Below, in pieces: positions 56,297-59,369 of a stretch of DNA of 59,369 bases. The notes under the pieces were generated by a model. That model was not told the DNA's origin, did no database searches, and was given only the letters and a program-made list of their open reading frames with translations. Positions within the stretch are counted from its first letter, which is position 1. Each line of letters opens with the position of its first letter. The translations under genes were made by a program, and so were the position numbers. This DNA is from Chloroflexota bacterium (GTDB taxonomy: Bacteria; Chloroflexota; Anaerolineae; Anaerolineales; UBA11858), in the NCBI GenBank assembly GCA_039714275.1, contig JBDLJO010000001.1:1-59369 (forward strand). Direction: 5' to 3'.

Positions 56297-57064
56297 CTAA
56301 CGAAACATATCCTTATCTTTCGTACGCAGCAATTCTGGCAATTCCGCTTCCCGCAAGGGATAAGGAAGACCTCGGGCATGTACAATGGGCGTACCCTCAG
56401 CGGCTTGCCCCATCATCAAAGATGCCGCGGCGGCGAGTTCATCAGCAACACCTACTACAGTTACTTGCAGCTCATAATCAAATAAATCTTGTTCTCCACG
56501 CAAATCTGCTACACCAGGCACTCCAGAAATACCTATACTCACGCCAACAGTGCCCAAGCGCCATGCCCTACCGTGGGAGTCAATAATCATCACGCCAAGT
56601 TGCGCCCCGGTTTCTAGCTCCAATGCAGTTCGCAGTGCGTCAGCTGAAGAATCAGAATTTTCAGGCAGCAGCAAAACCCAGTCATCGGGATTTCCTCCAT
56701 CACCACGCACATTAGAATGATCAATGCCAGCGTTAGCACAGACAAATCCCAAATTATGTTCGACGATAATTAATCCCAGGCGCGTACGCAGTATTTCCTT
56801 GCTTTCAGACAAAATTAGCTCAACCAAACGTGGATCTTTTTCTGTTTCTATCCCTAAAGTCTCTGCTTTTAGAGAGGGGGTTATGTCGTTCAAGTTAACC
56901 AAGCGCCCCTCTGCCTTGGAGACAATTTTTTGCGCCAACACTAGAACATCACCATCCTGCAATGAAATTTGCGAGTAGGACAGTGCGCTTAAGATGATCT
57001 GCGCTAAATCATCACCGGGCTTGACCAAAGGAATACCTGAAAGTGCTGTAAGCGTTAACGGCAT
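56297..57064 (-). CDS. cofE: coenzyme F420-0:L-glutamate ligase (stand-alone CofE, no nitroreductase domain)
   Basis: GIPLVKPGDDLAQII, DGDVLVLAQKIVSKAEGR, CANAGID and IIDSHGRAWR motifs. The start is ambiguous (57064 or 57100). Confidence 0.85.
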   Translation of the reverse strand: MPLTLTALSGIPLVKPGDDLAQIILSALSYSQISLQDGDVLVLAQKIVSKAEGRLVNLNDITPSLKAETLGIETEKDPRLVELILSESKEILRTRLGLIIVEHNLGFVCANAGIDHSNVRGDGGNPDDWVLLLPENSDSSADALRTALELETGAQLGVMIIDSHGRAWRLGTVGVSIGISGVPGVADLRGEQDLFDYELQVTVVGVADELAAAASLMMGQAAEGTPIVHARGLPYPLREAELPELLRTKDKDMFR

Positions 57065-57080
57065 ATGATTTGTCCCGCTA

Positions 57081-57734
57081 TTAAATACCTGTAATGCCAA
57101 TACTGGCTGTTTTCACCTTATGGAATTTGTTCAAACTAATTAAAATAGCGGTCAGTCCTTCCACCGTAACAGCATTGACCAAGCCTCCAGCATAAAAAGA
57201 TTTCATACCGCCAGCCTCGGCTAATTCAATCACCTGCTCCGCCGCGTCAACATCATTTGAGCAAATTAGTACATCGCTATCAATAGGTTCGTCTAATTTT
57301 CTTAAGGCATGGGCGGGAACATTTTGGAATGCGGCCACAACACGGACCCCTTCTCCTAGAATTTCCTGAGCAATTTCTGCTGCTGCAGGTGGTGCAGGCG
57401 GTTTTGGGTCACGAAAGTCAATTCTAGCAGTAGCATCAGCCAGAATCTTGCCCTGCAGTGCATTTTTCAAACCATTTAACGCTGCTTGCTGGGCCGATTG
57501 CACTACTGTGAGTACAGATATGTCGGCTGCTCGGGCTGCAGCATCATTTTCCATGCCTGTAATCGTATCAATACCAAGCGTTAAATTTAGTTCAGCAGCG
57601 GTTATATCGGCTTTTTCCTTTTGGCGAGAACCGATAATAATTTGATAACCAGCGTTCGCCCAACGCAGAGCCAGGCCTGGTCCTTCTTTCCCAGTGCCGC
57701 CAAGGACGGCAACGATCGGTTTCTTCATGGTCAT
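57081..57734 (-). CDS. npdG: NADPH-dependent F420 reductase (Fno/NpdG)
   Basis: VAVLGGTGKEGPGLALRWANAGYQIIIGSR..EKA...ITGMENDAAA..DISVLTV closely parallels archaeal Fno. AAGGAG SD. Confidence 0.85.
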   Translation of the reverse strand: MTMKKPIVAVLGGTGKEGPGLALRWANAGYQIIIGSRQKEKADITAAELNLTLGIDTITGMENDAAARAADISVLTVVQSAQQAALNGLKNALQGKILADATARIDFRDPKPPAPPAAAEIAQEILGEGVRVVAAFQNVPAHALRKLDEPIDSDVLICSNDVDAAEQVIELAEAGGMKSFYAGGLVNAVTVEGLTAILISLNKFHKVKTASIGITGI

Positions 57735-57854
57735 ACTTATCTCCTTTAATCTCACCGCAGCTAAAAAACTGCTTTAATTATTTTTTCTTCAGAATTTCGT
57801 TTACTGTTTGTTTTTTTTACCAACTTTCACTATGTAAATTGATAAATGGGTTGA

Positions 57855-59210
57855 TTAACTTGAGTATCTTCCAACATAATTTTCGTACCGCTGCCAAATT
57901 TTTGGGGCCATTTCGCGAGCATGAGCTGCAATTGCTTCTTCATCCAAAGTAAGCAGTTTCCGTTCACGCATTAATATTTTTCCTTCTACGATGGTCGTAG
58001 TAATCATACTTTCGTTAAAACCAAAAATGATCTGCCAGGGCAAATTCCCTACAGTCAAGGGTGTATGTGGATGATAATCTACAAAAATCAAATCTGCTTG
58101 TGCGTCAGGAACAATCACCCCTAGTGGTGCTTCCGGGAAAAACATTTCGGCAAGCGCTGCGTTGTTGTAAATTCCCATTTGCATTACATCCATACCATTC
58201 ATTCGACGCGGATCGCTGTTTATGACTTTATGCAGCAAATATACTGTTTTCCACTCATCCCACATAGTTGAGGAAAATCCATCTGTTCCCAAGCAAACCG
58301 GTATTCCGAGACGCAGCAATGATTCAACCCCAGCGGCACCAACTGCATTATTCATATTTGAACGTGCCTGGTGAGTCACCCAAGTATTGGATTCGGCAAG
58401 CAGCTTAGCTTCACGGGCATCAATATGGATAGCGTGAGCAACAATGGAATTGGGTCCTAATATGCCATGCTTGTGCAAACGATCAACGGTTCGTAATCCA
58501 TATTTCTCCAGACTATCATACTGATCAACTTGATGTTCAGCGACATGGATATGAAATCCTGCACCTTCAGGTAACGCTGCTTGACAGGCATCCAATGTGG
58601 AAGCTGTTAATGTAAGTGATGCATGTAACCCAAAGGAAGCTGCTAACCGAGAATGTGATCGGACATAATTGGACTTTATGAAACGAACATTTTCTTGAAT
58701 GCCCGCTTTTGCGCCAGCTTCTCCATTGCGATCAGTTACTTCATAACACAATGCTGCCCGAACACCAGCTTCATCAACAGCATCAGCAATTACATCCATT
58801 GATCCGTCGATAAAATTTGGCGAAGCATGGTGGTCGATCAAAGTTGTTGCGCCGTGCTTAATGGCGTCTACCAGCATGATCAAGGCGGAGAAACGGACTG
58901 CTTCTTCATCTAGTGCCATATCCAAAGGCCACCATAATTTATCGAGTATTTCCGGAAAATCTTTAGGCGCCGGTCCTGGAATAGCCATACCTCGAGCAAA
59001 AGCACCATAAAAGTGTGTGTGAGCAACTATGCTGCCCGGCAAAATATATTGACCTTGGGCATCCAAACGGTCAACATCGGGGTATTTTTCATCCATTTCA
59101 ACTTGCGGACCAAGCTCTCTGATCTTGCCATCCTCGACATAGATGGCATAGTTTTCAAGAACACGATTTTCTTTTTCCCAGGTTATGACTTTCCCATTGG
59201 TAATCAGCAT
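57855..59210 (-). CDS. ssnA: SsnA-like amidohydrolase (putative aminohydrolase of the chlorohydrolase/deaminase group)
   Basis: HTHFYGAFARGM..PAPKDFPEILDKLWWPLDMALDEE..IDHHASPNFIDGS..THQARSNMNN..LGTDG parallels E. coli SsnA as I recall it (HNHFYSGLSRG..FISTLKNLWWRLDRALDEE..IDHHASP..HNARSNMNN). GGAGA SD. Confidence 0.7.
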   Translation of the reverse strand: MLITNGKVITWEKENRVLENYAIYVEDGKIRELGPQVEMDEKYPDVDRLDAQGQYILPGSIVAHTHFYGAFARGMAIPGPAPKDFPEILDKLWWPLDMALDEEAVRFSALIMLVDAIKHGATTLIDHHASPNFIDGSMDVIADAVDEAGVRAALCYEVTDRNGEAGAKAGIQENVRFIKSNYVRSHSRLAASFGLHASLTLTASTLDACQAALPEGAGFHIHVAEHQVDQYDSLEKYGLRTVDRLHKHGILGPNSIVAHAIHIDAREAKLLAESNTWVTHQARSNMNNAVGAAGVESLLRLGIPVCLGTDGFSSTMWDEWKTVYLLHKVINSDPRRMNGMDVMQMGIYNNAALAEMFFPEAPLGVIVPDAQADLIFVDYHPHTPLTVGNLPWQIIFGFNESMITTTIVEGKILMRERKLLTLDEEAIAAHAREMAPKIWQRYENYVGRYSS

Positions 59211-59257
59211 ACTTTTCTCCATATAAGACAAGAACCAATTTCACAAACAACAATTAT

Positions 59258-59369
59258 CTAAAAATCAATCACAAATTCTTCCTGGAAAACATTTTCCAAC
59301 GCATCAGGTATAAGTTTTCGCACCCATTCAATTGCTTCTTGCCCATTTATTTTTAAGTGATGCTTAGCT
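59258..59369 (-). CDS. 3' end (36 codons) of an unidentified CDS running off the window
   Basis: Open minus-strand frame ..AKHHLKINGQEAIEWVRKLIPDALENVFQEEFVIDF* with TAG at 59258-59260, 26 nt upstream of the ssnA-like ORF. Confidence 0.4.
   Translation of the reverse strand, partial: AKHHLKINGQEAIEWVRKLIPDALENVFQEEFVIDF

Noticed and set aside
1-59369. Global stop-codon reassignment or selenocysteine, suggested by the two in-frame stops (TAG 12989, TAA 40942).
   Set aside because: TAA and TAG terminate most ORFs here at family-appropriate lengths. I saw no TGA-split ORF pairs in the molybdoenzyme or other genes and no SECIS-like context. The two cases are better explained individually.
1-59369. 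Scan for CRISPR arrays, tRNA/rRNA genes, IS elements, integrases, and inverted or direct terminal repeats.
   Set aside because: None recognised. No regularly spaced repeats and no transposase, recombinase or phage-like ORFs are in the six-frame track.

Overview
This is a 59.4-kb AT-rich bacterial chromosomal segment. I found no rRNA or tRNA genes, no CRISPR array, and no transposase or integrase. All family calls come from reading motifs in the translated ORFs; no database search was run.

Left half (1-31.3 kb, mixed strands):
- a 5'-truncated HNH/DUF1998 helicase tail
- a rel-moeA-VKOR operon
- a receiver/HD-GYP regulator
- an MFS plus MOP-like transporter pair
- a 1084-aa STAND/TPR/SARP-type regulator followed by a four-gene module of unknown function (47-aa sORF, DUF5317 membrane protein, NHLP-leader-like small protein, PAS-GAF sensor)
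- slyD-like and NUDIX genes, an ABC-2 transporter, and miscellaneous housekeeping genes
- a tandem glycine riboswitch driving gcvH-gcvPA-gcvPB, with no gcvT in the operon

Right half (31.4-59.4 kb) is one uninterrupted minus-strand array of about 25 genes ending at a strong intrinsic terminator. It encodes:
- a 1041-aa SHMT-GcvT fusion
- two xanthine-dehydrogenase-family molybdoenzyme systems with complementary domain fusions: FAD+FeS / Moco, and FeS+Moco / FAD
- XdhC
- a 568-aa unknown protein with a nucleoside-phosphorylase-like C-terminus
- an EamA transporter interrupted by an in-frame TAA
- CBS-pyrophosphatase, MscS and an M16C peptidase
- an F420 block (cofC, PPOX-class protein, cofE, fno, LLM oxidoreductase)
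- an SsnA-like aminohydrolase

Best candidates for undescribed biology:
1. The SsnA / YgfM-like / XdhD-like purine-type hydroxylase set interleaved with F420 genes. Its XdhD-like subunit has lost all four Cys ligands of the first [2Fe-2S] cluster.
2. The SARP-regulated sORF/DUF5317/NHLP-like/PAS-GAF module, which has a direct-repeat operator.
3. The SHMT-(partial GcvT repeat)-GcvT fusion.
4. The 568-aa phosphorylase-like protein embedded in an XDH operon.
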